Positions 49,634-62,065 of a DNA stretch of 64,000 nucleotides are shown in pieces. Origin of the DNA: Mobula hypostoma (taxonomy: Eukaryota); the NCBI RefSeq assembly GCF_963921235.1, contig NC_086097.1, positions 73,224,001-73,288,000 of the forward strand. The letters run 5' to 3'. Position 1 is the stretch's first letter; each line of letters starts with the position of its first letter. The notes beneath the pieces were generated by a model that was not told where the DNA came from, made no database searches, and saw nothing but the letters and a program-made list of their open reading frames with translations. The position numbers and the translations under genes are program-made.

Positions 49634-50375
49634 ATCGTAAAGTAGTCTTACAAAGTTTATAAATAGTTTTCAGAAAATATTTATTAACTTTGTTTTGTTT
49701 AAACGGTACCTTAATTTGTTGCGGGAGAGCTGAATTTACATGTCTCAATCCCACGTCATCACGTGACGCCCCCCCCCCAACTTCCTATTCCTGAAATTTA
49801 CAGTCGCTTCCTTGATCTTGCTGATCTTGAGGGCAAGGTTGATATTGCGACACCACTAAACCAGCTGATCTAATTTGCTCATGTATACTTCGTTGCCATT
49901 TGAGATTTTGCCGACAACAGTGATTGGTCATGAGGGTAGAGAAAGGAGAGCGGTGGGCTAAACACACATCCTTGACATAGGCCCGTGTTGATTGTCAGTA
50001 AGGAAGAGATCTTATTTGCCATCTTGATTGACTGAGGTCTCCAAATGAGGAAATTGGGCAATTCATGGCAGGGAGTGCATCAAAGAGCTACCTTTCAATC
50101 ACGACAGCGATCAAGATTTAAGGCAGAGTTTTGCGGCAGATTCTCTGACTTGAAGAATGAACAATCAGCAAGAGGCAATGAATAAAATGTGTTACCTTTC
50201 AGTCAGGCCTGCATTAAAGATTTAAAAGAAGAGCATACACATTGTATTGATGTGACAGGCAGGAAGGCAGGCATTGCCCTGTTAGTAAAAGTAGAAGTAA
50301 ATTATTAGAAAGAGGTGACATAAGGTCAAAAGGCATTGAATCTTTGTCGATCGAGCTAAGGAACTGCAAGGATAA

Positions 50376-51223
50376 TGTTACGTACCCCGTAACTGGGTTG
50401 CCAAACCAGCAGAAATGGACCACTTAGTTGGAGTCTGGATTACTGGAACTAAGAAAGTTTTATTAAAGAAATAAGTAACACAGTACTCTAATAGTAAGGA
50501 TATAAATGCAACAGGTTAGCAATGAATAAACACACATGTACACAGAACTAGGATAATAGGATCAATCAAGCTCTATCGCAGTCTAGGGGTAAATGATCAG
50601 TTTCAAATGACGCAAAGTTCAGTTCAATTTAGTTGAGTTCAGTTCGCAGTAATCGCTGTTGTGCCGTTGGGGCGGGGAGAAGAGAGAGAGCGAAAGCGAA
50701 TGAATATTCAAAACGGATTCCAAACAGACCTTCGATATTCCTCGCAGTTAGCTTTCGGGCGAGCCCTTTGTAATGTCTTCTGAGGTCACCGACTGTGACC
50801 CCTCCGTTCCAGATGTGATCGTTCTTCTGCGGTGAACCCGGCACCCAGGCAAGGGCAGACACACACACCAGGTTCCCGCCCGACCGTATCTTACCACCCT
50901 GTGCGTCAATGGCTGGTCCCGCAACCAGACCTCCAAAACTCACACAAACTTGTGGGGGCACACTGCTTCCAGGGTCTCGTTACCTCGTGGTGTCATGTGT
51001 CTGTTGCCTTAGCGAACCTGTCCCTTTTTTTATCCCCCTGCTGGGGTATCGCCTGTCCATCAAACTTCAAACAGTTCAGGGATCAAAGCCACCGGTCTCT
51101 GACAATCCTCGGAACTGTGTCTCCTTTTCGTTAATCCCTCTCGCCTCTCATTAACATTTCTGAATGTTCCCCCATTGTCCTCTTATCGGCATCAATCTTC
51201 TGATAATTTGGTCTGTCGTCACA
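50376..51223 (-). mobile_element. Solo LTR (848 bp), Gypsy-like
   Basis: TGTTAC...GTCACA termini. 4-bp TSD ATAA/GTAA (one mismatch). The CR1 reading continues across the site. AATAAA on the minus strand near 50459. Confidence 0.85.
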
Positions 51224-52013
51224 GTAAAAAGAGCCCATTGGGAGTTATATACAGACCCTGAAAAAGTAGTAAAGATATGGTCTACAAATTACAACAAGAG
51301 ATAGAAAATGTATGCCAAAAGGGCAATATTACAATAGTCATAGGGGATTTCAATATGCAGGTAAATTGGGAAGATCAGGTTGGTGCTGGATTACAGGAGG
51401 GGGGATTTCTAGAAGTCTATGAGATGGTTTTTAGAGCAGCTCATGGTTGAGCCCACTAGGGAATCAACTATTCTGGATTTAGAGTTGTGCAATGAACAAG
51501 AATTGATTAGAGAACTTAAGGTTAAGATAGAGGATTGGGAAGCTTTTAAAAACCAACCAAAAGCAACTGAAAAAGTAATTAAGAAGGTAAAGATAAAATA
51601 TGAAAGTAAGCTAGCCAATAATATTAAAGAGGACACCAAAAGTTTCTTCAGATACATAAAATATAAAAGGGAGGTGAGAGTGGATGTCAGACTACTGGAA
51701 AATGATGCTGAAGAGGGAGTAATGGGAGAAGGCGAAATGCCGGACAAAATAAATAAGTACCTTGCATCAGTCTTCACTACGGATGACACCAGCAGTATGA
51801 TAGAAGTTCCAGGTATCAGGGGTCATGAAGTGTGTAAAGTCACCATTACTAGAGAGAAAATTCTTGGGAAACTGAAAGGTCTGAAGGTTGATGTCACCTT
51901 GACCAGATGGTGTATTGCCCAGGGTTCTGAAAGAGGTGGTTGAAGAGCTTGTGGAGGCATTAGTAATGACCTTTCAATGATCACTAGATTCTGGAATGGT
52001 TCTAGAAGACTGG

Positions 52014-52097
52014 AAAATTGCAAATGTCACTCCACTCTGCAAGAAGGGAGAGAGGAAAATTGCAAATGTCACTCCATTCTTCAAGAAAGGAGAGAGG
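52014..52097 (+). repeat. 42-bp tandem duplication in CR1 RT (KIANVTPL/F..KGER x2)
   Basis: GAAAATTGCAAATGTCACTCCA...AAGAA.GGAGAGAG occurs twice in tandem. Confidence 0.9.
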
Positions 52098-53065
52098 CAA
52101 AAGGAAGGGAACTATAGGCCAGTTACTTTGATGTCAGTGGTTGGGAAGATGTTGGAGTCAATTATCAAGGATAAGGTCTCAGGGTACTTGAAGGCACGTG
52201 ATAAAATAGATCTTAGTTAGCATGGTTTCCTCAAGGGAAAATCTTGCTTGACAAATCTGTTGGAATTCTTTGAAGAAACAACAAGCAGGGTAGACAAAGG
52301 AGAACCAGTTGATGTTTTGTACTTGGATTTTCAGAAGACATTTGACAAGGTGCCATACATGAGGCTGCTTAACAAACTACAACCCCGTGGTATTACAGGA
52401 ACGATTCTGGCATGGTTAAAGAGTGGCTGATTGGCAGGAGGCAAAGAGTGGGAATAAAGGGTGCCTTTTCTGGTTGGGTGCCAGTGACTAGTGATGTTCC
52501 ACAGGGGTCTGTGTAGTGTTGAGACTTAATAAGCACTGGTGAGGCTTCTCTTGGAGTATTGTGAGGAGGTTTGAACGGCTTATCTTTGAAAGGACAGGCC
52601 GAAACTGGAGAGGGTTCAAAGGAGGTTCATGAAAATGATAACAGGATTGAATGACTTGACATATGAAGAGCGTTTGATGGCTTTAGTCCTGTATTCGCTA
52701 GAATTCAGAACATTGAGGGGTGACTTCATTGAAACTTGTCAGATGATGAAAGGTCTTGATGGAGAGTCCATGGCCGGAGGGCAGTCTCAGAATAGAGGGG
52801 CATCCTTATAGAACGGAGATGAGGAATTTCTTTAGCCAGAGAATGGTGGATCTGTTGAATTCTTTGCCACAGGCAGCTGTGGAGGCCAAGTCTTTATGTA
52901 TATTTAAGGCAAAGGTTGATAGATTCTTGATTGGTTGGGACGCGAGGGGATACAGAGAGAAGGCAAGACATTGGGGTTGAGAAGAAAATTGGATCAATCA
53001 TGAAGTGGTGGAGTAGATTCAATAGGCCAAATGGACTATTTCTGCTCCTAAACCTTATGATCTTA

Positions 53066-53260
53066 AGTCAAGGGTCTAATTGCAGAGGAAGGTACAGTTG
53101 CCAAGGTTTGGAAGTTTGTTGATTAGTACTGAGTGGATGGTGTTGATTACCAAGCTGTATTCAATAAACAGCAGTCTAGTATATGTATTGCTGTTATTCA
53201 GGTGCTCCAAAGCTGAGTGGAGAGCCAGTGAGATTGCATCTGCCGTAGACTTGATGTGGT
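53066..53260 (-). mobile_element. Rex1/Babar-like RT fragment
   Basis: KSTADAISLALHSALEHLNNSNTYTRLLFIEYS (53076-53312 ORF). Confidence 0.8.
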
Positions 53261-55174
53261 GTTTGTGGTCACTAATTTTAATGGTTCTCACAAGTCTTAA
53301 CAGAATTTGCAAACATAAAAATCAGCTTCATATCTGACCTTTTAAATGTAACTTATCTTATGTCTGGAATGTATTTCCAGGGGAGATGGTGGAGTCATTT
53401 AAAATTACTCTACTTAAGAGGCATTTAGACAGATACTTCAACAGACAAGGCTTAGCAGGACATGATCCTAATCTGGCCCGGTGGGTTTAATGTAGACGGA
53501 CAGAGAGATCAGTGTGGTGTGATGCAATGAATGACGTATTTCTGTCTGTTCAATTTTGACTCTTTTACTTCATCTTCACCTTCTAGTTGTTGGTTGACAT
53601 TCTTGATGGGATCCCACATCTGGCCTGTCCGGACACGTGATCGGTGGGATGATTTCTGGGAAATCCTGACAAGATGGGATTTAGCTGTTAGATTCATGGC
53701 GACTGAAGGAACCTGAGAATTATCTATACACTGGGCTCACTGTCACTTCAGTGGCTAGGTGCCATTGCTTATGAGCAGCAGTCAGCATAGTTCAGCCTAA
53801 TGGTGTGGATTATCTATTTATACTTTCATTTTTAACCTATTCTTCTTGAATATACTTGCTCAGATTTAGCAAAAAAATGCTGACCAGAAGAAATTCAATT
53901 ACAAGAAGTGATTCTTACGATACAAATGTTCAGTAATGATGATGAATTGGCAGAGCAGACTTGATGGGCCAAATGGCCTAATTCTGTTGCTATATCTTGT
54001 GGCCTATAATGCACAAAGCTTTTCTCCCTATATCTAAGTGAAGATATTACAGCTTTGGGGGCAGTGCAATGGAGATTTACTAGACTAATTCTTGGGATGA
54101 GAGGAGGTAAAATCTTGCATCTTTATTCTTTCAAGTGTAGAAGAATGAAGAATAAGATCATTGAGGGGCATAACAGATTAAATGTTGAAATGCTGTTGAA
54201 ATGCTTTCACCAGTAGGAGAACCTTTAATGAAGGGAGATAGTTTCCGTATAAGGAACTAGCCATTTAAAACAAGAGTTATGGAAAAGTTTCTTCTCGTGG
54301 AGCATGGTGAATCTCTGGAATTCTTTCCTCTGGAGAGTTATGGAGGCTAACTCATGAGAAGTATTTACAATGTAGGTCAATACATTTTTTTGAAAAGTTG
54401 GAATTGAAGGCTCTTGGGACCCATTACGGAGAAGGAGTTGATTTTATTTTAAGTATATCACATTCAGATTTAGGGCTATTTGTTCCACAAGCTGGATCCA
54501 AGGACTGCAATCCACTAATCTTAACAGCAGGCTTGACATCCTGGAGATGTTCATGGGTTTTCAAGCCCACATTGAAATAAAGATGCCGATTGGTTGCAAT
54601 GCTCTACTGTTATTAATAGTGCAATTTCCTCACACAAACTCACAAGTTGTTTTTCTCCAATTATGCCAATTTTTTTATTTGAGAGTATTTCAAACAAAAT
54701 ATTGGCAGAAACTGAAGGAGATATGCTAATGAAGGTTGTATTTGCTAATTCTAGAGGAGTTCTGATGTTGATAACTCCTGAGAATTAGTATTTACTTTGG
54801 ATCCAGTTCAAATTTGCAGCGCATCACTGCTCCACGGAGCTGTTGACTTTGGAACTGAGTTACTAATGTATGACAAAGTGATATCATTACATTGCAGAAA
54901 TATGTTTGTAATACTTCCACATTGTTTATGACACTTTCTAGCAGAATGGTATTTTAATTGCTCACCCTAAAATTCAGAGCTACATATGAACAAAGCTAAA
55001 ATTAAAATTGCAATGTTGTACACAACACTCAGGAAAAGATCCAGGATTAAACACCTTGGTGTAACTACAGAGATATGCAGGAACTTGAATAGGATTTCCA
55101 TTTTGTTCCCTAATCTAATTGTGCCAGTCCTAAAGACTGATTATTTAAATTTGTCCCTTTTGCTGTGCCATGAC

Positions 55175-55990
55175 ACCCAGGATCCTCAAGGATGCAAACT
55201 TTGCCTGCTGCTGTACTCACTCTACACCTATGACTGCATTGCAGCTCACAACGCAAGTGCCATCTATAAATTTGCTGAGAACACGACTGTTGTCAGCAGA
55301 AGCTCAAATAGGGTCGAGGAGGCGTACGGGAGTAAGATAGATTGCTTGTTGCATGGTACTGCAACAACAACCTTGCACTCAATGTCTGTAAAACTGAGGA
55401 TCTGATTTTGGACTTCAGGAAAGGAAGTCAAGGGAACACACACCAGTCCTCAACAAGGGGTCAGCAGTGGAAAGGGTGAACAGTTTCAAGTTCCTTGATG
55501 TCAACCTCTCTGAAGATCTATCCTGGGCCCAACATATTGTTGCAGTTATGAAGAAGGCATGCCAATGGCTATATTTCATTAGAAGTTTGAAGAGATGTGG
55601 TATGTCACCAAAGACTCTATCAAGTTTCTACAGATGTATTCTAACTGGTTCCATCGCCATCTGGTACGGAAGAACCACTGCAAGGGATCAGAAAAAGCTG
55701 CAGAGAGTTGTGAACTCAGCCAGCTCCATCATATGCACTAGCCTCTGCACCATTGAGGATATCTTCAAAAGGCAATGCTTCAAAAAAGCCGCATCTGTTA
55801 TTAAGGGCCCTCACCACCCAGGGCAGGCCCTTTATCATTACTACCATCAGAGAGGTGGTATAGGAGCTTGAAAAGACATTGTTTTTGGAATAGCTTCTTC
55901 CCCTCTACCATCAGATTTCTGACTGGTCAATGAGCCTATGACCACTACCTCACTATTTTTGCTCTCTTTTTGTGCTACTTAATTCATATA
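55175..55990 (+). mobile_element. Rex1/Babar-like RT 3' half
   Basis: PQGCKLCLLLYSLYTYDC...IYKFAENTTVV and ERVNSFKFLDVNLSEDLSWAQH...LYFIRSLK. Confidence 0.85.
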
Positions 55991-55999
55991 TATTAAGTA

Positions 56000-56450
56000 T
56001 TCAGTGGCATGCACTGGTGTAGCTATGAGACTCTACACCAAACTTGGATCGAGCAGTTTTAAAATAGTTTCAGTTGTGTGTGTTTGCAGTCAAAAAGTAG
56101 TGATTTTTGTCATTGATGGTTGGCAAGCAATAAGCAGTAGGACAATTAAAAACTGTATTGCTCACTGTGATTTCAAACATCCAGGCTTGGAAATGCCAGA
56201 AATGGCTGGGAATGAAAATGAAACAATTTCACTGCATCAGCAAGTTAGGAACTAAGAAGAATTTGAAGGTATCAACAATCATCTTGAATGTTACAATGAA
56301 AGTGAAGATTCGGAGGATGCAATTATCGATGGCATTGTGTGAAGGCAGACCATATCTGCACTAAGTGGCTTTACTAATTTTGTTCATTTACAGTCAATCA
56401 AAAGAACTTACCAGCATACACTGTATGAATTCCTTATCGATAACTATTAG
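56000..56450 (+). mobile_element. Tigger/pogo transposase C-terminal remnant
   Basis: AVIFV-like ...DGWQAISSRTIKNCIAHCDF motif, typical of the pogo DDE_1 C-terminus, followed by an acidic stretch. Confidence 0.6.
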
Positions 56451-56949
56451 AAATATATGTGTGTGTGTGTATATATATGTCATTATAATTTATAGTACGT
56501 TTTATTATTGCACTGTAATGCTGCTGCAAAAACAACAAATTTCATTATATATGTCAGTGCTGATAAACCTGATTCTGATTATAATAAGAAAAGTAGGAAG
56601 AAACTGTTTGTTCTCAAATTGACAAATTGAAACTAGCAGGATGTGCCAGGGTTCAGTGCTTGAGTCTCAGAATTATGTAATCTGTATCAGTGATTTGGCA
56701 GAGAGGCCAATGTCATGTTTCAAAGTTTGCTGATGACACTGAACTAGGTCAGATTTTGAGGATATAGGAGGATGTAAAGAGGCTTCAAGGAATACAAGCA
56801 CATTGAGAGAATGGACAAGAACATAGCAAATGGGATATAATGCAGAAAAGAGTGTAATCATCCACCCTGTTGTTTGTAGCAGAGCAGTTTATTCAATAGT
56901 GATAGGTTGGTTGGTGTGGATATTCAGAGAGGAGACAGAGAGAGGAGGT

Positions 56950-57490
56950 AGTGGTTTGTGGACCGATGCAAACTCAACAACTTGATTCCCATTGTGGACA
57001 AGACTAAAGAGATGATTGTGGACTTAAGAAAGGTGCAAACTGACCACTCCTTATTGCACATCAATGGCTCCTCCATGCAGAGTCAGAAGCACCAGGTTTC
57101 TTGGAGTATACATCACCGATGATCTCACCACTTTAGTCAAGAAAGCACAGCAGCGCCTTCACTTACTGAGTAGCTTGAGATGAGTGAGGCTCCACACCCC
57201 TATTCTAACCAAATTCTACCAGAGCACCATCAGGTGTGTGCCAACCAGCTGTGTCACCATTGGGAATTACAAGGCATCTGTCTGGAATACCCTGCAAAAG
57301 ATGGTGAGCACTGCTGAGAGAATCATCGGGCTAGACTCTTCCACCCAGGACATTGTCAAGGACCTCTCCCATCCATCCCACAATCTCTTCGACCTCCTAC
57401 TGTCAAGGAAAAAATACTGTAGTATAGAAACAAGGACTGGATGACAGCCTCTTCCCCAAGGCTGTGGGACTGAACATCCTGCTACTACCC
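56950..57490 (+). mobile_element. Rex1/Babar-like RT 3' fragment, decayed
   Basis: DKTKEMIVDLRK, KKAQQRLHLL and ILTKFYQSTIRCV. Confidence 0.75.
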
Positions 57491-57769
57491 AATAAATATT
57501 ACAGGTTGATTACCCCTAATCCAAAATGCTTGGGGCCAGAAGTGTGTTGGATTTCAGATTCTTTTGGGATTTTGTAACACGTCAGCTAGCTTGAGTTCGC
57601 CATAATTTCCGACTCTGAATTTATGTGCTACCAGTAAGCAGTCTTTGCCTTACACTTGTTCATCACACATATGTACTTAACAGTAAAAACTATTATGTAC
57701 CCTTAATATAATGAAAATATAATGTGTGTAGGGTAACAAAAGCAGCACAACAGCATCAAGCCCTTTTGG

Positions 57770-58498
57770 AAGGACAAACTCCAAGGCAAGATACTTGGTA
57801 GTGTGGAGGAGCAGAGGAATCTGGGGGTACATGTCCACAGATCCCTGAAAGTTGCCTCACAGGTGGATAGGGTAGTTAAGAAAGCTTATGGGGTGTTAGC
57901 TTTCATAAGTCGAGGGATAGAGTTTAAGAGTCGCGATGTAATGATGCAGCTCTATAAAACTCTGGTTAGGCCACACTTGGAGTACTGTATCCATTTCTGG
58001 TTGCCTCACTATAGGAAGGATGTGGAAGCATTGGAAAGGGTACAGAGGAGATTTACCAGGATGCCGCCTGGTTTAGAGGGTATGCATTATGATCAGAGAT
58101 TAAGGGAGCTTAGGGCTTTGCTCTTTGGAGAGGAGGAGGATGAGAGGAGACATGATAGAGGTGTACAAGATAATAAGAGGAATGGATAGAGTGGATAGCC
58201 AGTGCCTCTTCCCCAGGGCATCACTGCTCAATACAAGAGGACATGGCTTTAAGGTAAGGGGTGGGAAGTTCAAGGGGGATATTAGAGGAAGGTTTTTTAC
58301 TCAGAGAGTAGTTGGTGTGTGGAATGCACTGCCTGAGTCAGTGGTGGAGGCAGATATACTAGTGAAGTTTAAGAGACTACTAGACAGGTATGTGGAGGAA
58401 TTTAAGGTGGGGGCTTATATGGGAGGCAGGTTTTGAGGGTTGGCACAACATTGTGGGCCGAAGGGCCTGTACTGTGCTGTACTATTCTATGTTCTATA
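57770..58498 (+). mobile_element. Young 5'-truncated CR1 3' end
   Basis: EEQRNLGVHVHRSLKVASQVDRVVKKAYG...RPHLEYC...LERVQRRFTRM and RGDMIEVYKI...TRGHGFK...FFTQRVV. Confidence 0.95.
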
Positions 58499-59610
58499 AG
58501 TCAAGTCAAGTCACTTTTTATTGTCATTTCGACCACAACTGCTGGTACAGTACACAGTAAAAACGAGACGACGTTTTTCAGGACCATGGTGCTACATGAA
58601 ACAATACAAAAACTACACTGAACTATGTAAAACAACACAAAAACTACACTAGACCACAGACCTACCCAGGACTGCATAAAGTGCACAAAACAGTGCAGGC
58701 ATTACAATAAATAATAAACAAAACAATAGGCTCAGTAGAGGGCAGAGAGTTTGGTGTCAGTCCAGGTTCTGGGTATTGAAGAGTCTGATGGCTTGGGGGA
58801 AGAAACTGTAACATAGTCTGGTCATGAGAGCCCGAATGCTTTGGTGCCTTTTGCCAAATGGCAGGAGGGAGAAGAGTTTTATGAAGGTTGTGTGGGGTCC
58901 TTCATAATGCTGTTTGCTTTACAGATGCAGCGTGTGGTGTAAATGTCTGTAATGGCGGGAAGAGAGACCCCGATGATCTTCTCAGCGGACCTCACTGTCT
59001 GCTGTAGGGTCTTGCGATCCGAGATGGTGCAATTTCTGAACCAGGCCGTGATGCAGCTGCTCAGGATGCTCTCAGTACAACCTCTGTAGAATGTGGTGAG
59101 GATGGGGGGTGGGAGATGGACTTTTCTCAGCCTTCGCAGAAAGTAGAGACACTGCTGGGCTTTCTTCCCTATGGAGCTGGTGTTGAGGGACCAGGTGAGA
59201 TTCTCTGTCAGGTGAACACCAAGAAATTTGGTGCTCTTAACGATCTCTACGGAGGAGTCGTCGATGTTCAGCAGAGAGTGGTCCTTCCGTGTCCTCCTGA
59301 AGTCAACAACCATCTCTTTTGTTTTGTTCACATTCAGAGACAGGTTGTTGGGTCTGCACCAGTCCGTTAGCGGCTGCACCTCATCTCTGTATGCTGACTC
59401 ATCGTTCTTGCTGATGAGACCCACCACGGTAGTGTCATCGGTGAACTTGATGATGTGGTTCGAGGTGTGTGTTGCAGCACAGTTGTGGGTCAGCAGAGTG
59501 AACAGCAGTGGACTGAGCACACAGCCCTGGGGGGCCCTGTGCTCAGTGTGATGGTGTTGGAGATGCTGCTTCCAATCCGGACTGACTGAGGTCTCCCAGT
59601 CAGGAAGTCT
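58499..59610 (-). mobile_element. Young 5'-truncated Rex1/Babar-like LINE with (TTGAC)n tail
   Basis: [17 protein letters not shown]...IIKFTDDTTVVGLI...[14 protein letters not shown]...LYFLRRL (58879-59682 ORF). Tail reverse complement is AATAAAAAGTGACTTGACTTGA. Confidence 0.93.
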
Positions 59611-60717
59611 AGAGTATCCAGGAGAGAATACCTGAATCAGCTGTTGAACAACAACAAACAACAGCAGGCTTTCAATCTTCACCTCTGAAGGCGTATTTTG
59701 ATTAAAATACCAATACAGTACATTGTATTGGTATTTTTACTGTTTGTTTTTAAATTTTATGTAGGTATAAAAACAATTAGCATTGAAGATTGGTTCTGGT
59801 GTTAGATTTTCATCTGTGACGCTTTAAAAATTTAATGCTGTTTATGTCAGGTATAAAATCATGGTATTGTACAATTGCATTCCAGACTTGATCTGGTGCT
59901 AGATTTTTCTGATCAGCAGGTGCTTGAAAAATTTAATGTTATGCCTTTCCTTAAATTTCCGCAAACAGCCGACTGAATATTCACAATTACCTTCAATTTT
60001 CAGTTTGTCATGATAGATCTTTTCTTGTCTCATGTTCAACATATCGTTAAGCAGTATATGATCACTCTGACACTGATGAATCCACTTTTTAATACACGTT
60101 CAAGATCTTCACTTTTCATTTTATCCAGTGCTTTTCTACTTTTCATTAACTTCTGTTCATCACATATGTGAGGTCACTTCTCAGGACTGTCAGCGGTGTG
60201 CAGGGAGCTGCTCATTACCTGGGAACCTTCCCAGCGTCTTGTTGAATTTTTCATTTGTGACGTCATTCTAGCACTCAGAAACAAAAAAAAATCAGGTATC
60301 AGTAGTTTTCAGATTTTGGAATTTCAGATGGGTGTTCATCCTTTATTTATGACGGCACCTGACAGCATTATACAGTTATATATTTAATGATATGCACTTT
60401 ATAATTATTTTATGCACTTTATGTCAACTATTACATCTATTGAATATATTTTTATCTGTTACTGTTATTCTGTTAATATTATTTTATGTGCTGTATATGC
60501 TTTGCACCTTGGTCCCTGAGTAACATTGTTTTGCTGTATACATGTGTACATTGAATGACAGTGAATTTGAAAAACCTGAGTGGGCACACAAATCACTGAA
60601 GGCCAATATGCTGGTGAATATTGTGGGTTTAATAGATAATTTGTGGGCTTAACACTTCTCTGTACAAGTGTCAGATTTGTACTGTTGTCCTTACTAATGT
60701 GTTGACTTGTATGATTG

Positions 60718-60805
60718 CAGACATCCCACCTCTCCCGGAAGTTCCGGGAGTCTTCGGCATACTAATAGTGGCTCCCTGATGCCCGCAAATTATATACAAT
60801 ATCAC
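60718..60805 (+). mobile_element. Isolated left end of the 29745 hAT-like MITE family
   Basis: Closely matches 29745-29830 (CAGACATCCCAC...GTGGCTCCCTGATGCCC). Confidence 0.85.
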
Positions 60806-62065
60806 ACGTGCAATGTCCTTCAAAAGAGAGTTAATCCAGAGTGCAACCATTTTAACTGTAGAAAAGTGTAGGAATTGTACTGTTCTTGCAGAAGTTTCTC
60901 TGGCATCATGCAGTACAGATTAACTGATGATTTTTCTCCATGTTACTCAGGACCATTTTACATGCAAATTGCAGGCTACATTTTCCTGAAAAACAGTGAA
61001 CACTGCTTTAAAAGTAATTTTCTATTAAATGTTCTGATTTTTATTCTAAACACATGGGATGGTGCAAATTTTGTTGCTTTAAGCAATGGTGCTTGACAAG
61101 CAGTTCTATCACATACTTAGTTTCAGATTGTATTATGATTGAATATACTCTGGAATTCGGTAAAATCAATGATTTCCAATAATAAAATTGCATGTTAAAC
61201 ATCTTAGACGCTGGCAGTTCCATTGCATTCCACAGTCAAGATAGACTGATGTTTATTCAAAAGTAATTGTATTTTGTCATGTAACGCTGGCAATCCAAGC
61301 AGTTCTAAGGCTCAGCAAGATGTGCAAAGAATAGCTTGTGTGTTTAGCTGCCTTAGAAATAAAATTTTGTCTTAAAAATACAAGAAAAAAATCAAAGTAG
61401 TCACAACTCTGAAACTCCGCTTCCAGATTGTTTGGAAATGTGTATCGTTTGGTATTTGACTTACTGGGACCATTATCTGCAATCCTTTCAAATTCTGGAT
61501 AATAAAATTATCATGTTACTGTGTAATGTGTGAAATAAATGTGTGTTGGAACATCAAGAGAAGGAACATCCAATAGACCAGGAAAATTTGCCAGTCTGGC
61601 ACCACATATCCTGTTTTTTTTACTGTAATAGAAATTACTGAAATCAATTTTTGGAAAGGCCAATCATCGACTTCTGCCTTTGCTGATGTATATAAAAAGA
61701 ATTCTATTCAGCCAAATCCTACCTTCGAACACTTGGTCCACAATCATAGCTCTTAAAGTTCATACCAAAATACTTGCTCTAATACCCCATGAATTTGTAG
61801 GTCAGGATGCCCTTTGTCTGACTGGTGGGTGAGAAAGGTTTCTTATCAATTTTCCTGTAATCTTCCAATTATTTTAAGTCTTTGCAACTAATTTTTGATT
61901 CTCGATACAGGGAAGTAGGTGTCTCCTCTTCACTTAAGGCCCACTTAATCTTATCCACAATAATTGTGTCTTTCCCCCAACATCAGGTGCTAGAAATTGG
62001 GAAAAAAAACTCTGAAGTACCAAGAAGGCTGTGCAGTATTGTGGTTAAAAACAACTGTTTATTTT

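Larger units (their letters stand above)
44038..49775 (-). mobile_element. Full-length L1-clade LINE (~5.74 kb), mutated
   Basis: 17-bp TSD CCCAACTTCCTATTCCT (44021-44037, 49776-49792). G-run 5' start, ORF1 and ORF2, then AATAAA plus a short A tail at 44038-44060. Confidence 0.96.
43815..50060 (-). mobile_element. Rex1/Babar-like RT fragment split by the L1 insertion (43815-44037 and 49776-50060)
   Basis: LTINTGLCQGCVFSP (49879-50061 ORF) continues across the TSD into FKFLGVITSRDLS*AQY on the other side. Confidence 0.75.
50240..53065 (+). mobile_element. CR1 ORF2 (endonuclease, RT, 3' end), internally deleted, interrupted by a solo LTR
   Basis: ELRNCKG|KKSPLGVIYRP is split by the LTR. Also IGDFNMQ, VEPTRESTILDL, GNYRPVTLMS and YLDFQKTFDKVP. 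CR1 tail near 53020-53065. Confidence 0.9.
57502..60343 (-). mobile_element. Tigger4/Zombi-like DNA transposon shell containing nested CR1 and Rex1-like LINEs
   Basis: TA-CAGGTTGATTACCCCTAATCCAAAATGCTTGGGGCCAGAAGTG left end and ...TTTTCAGATTTTGGAATTTCAGATGGGTGTTCATCCTT-TA right end, which are imperfect inverted termini. Resembles recalled MER46/Tigger4. Confidence 0.7.
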
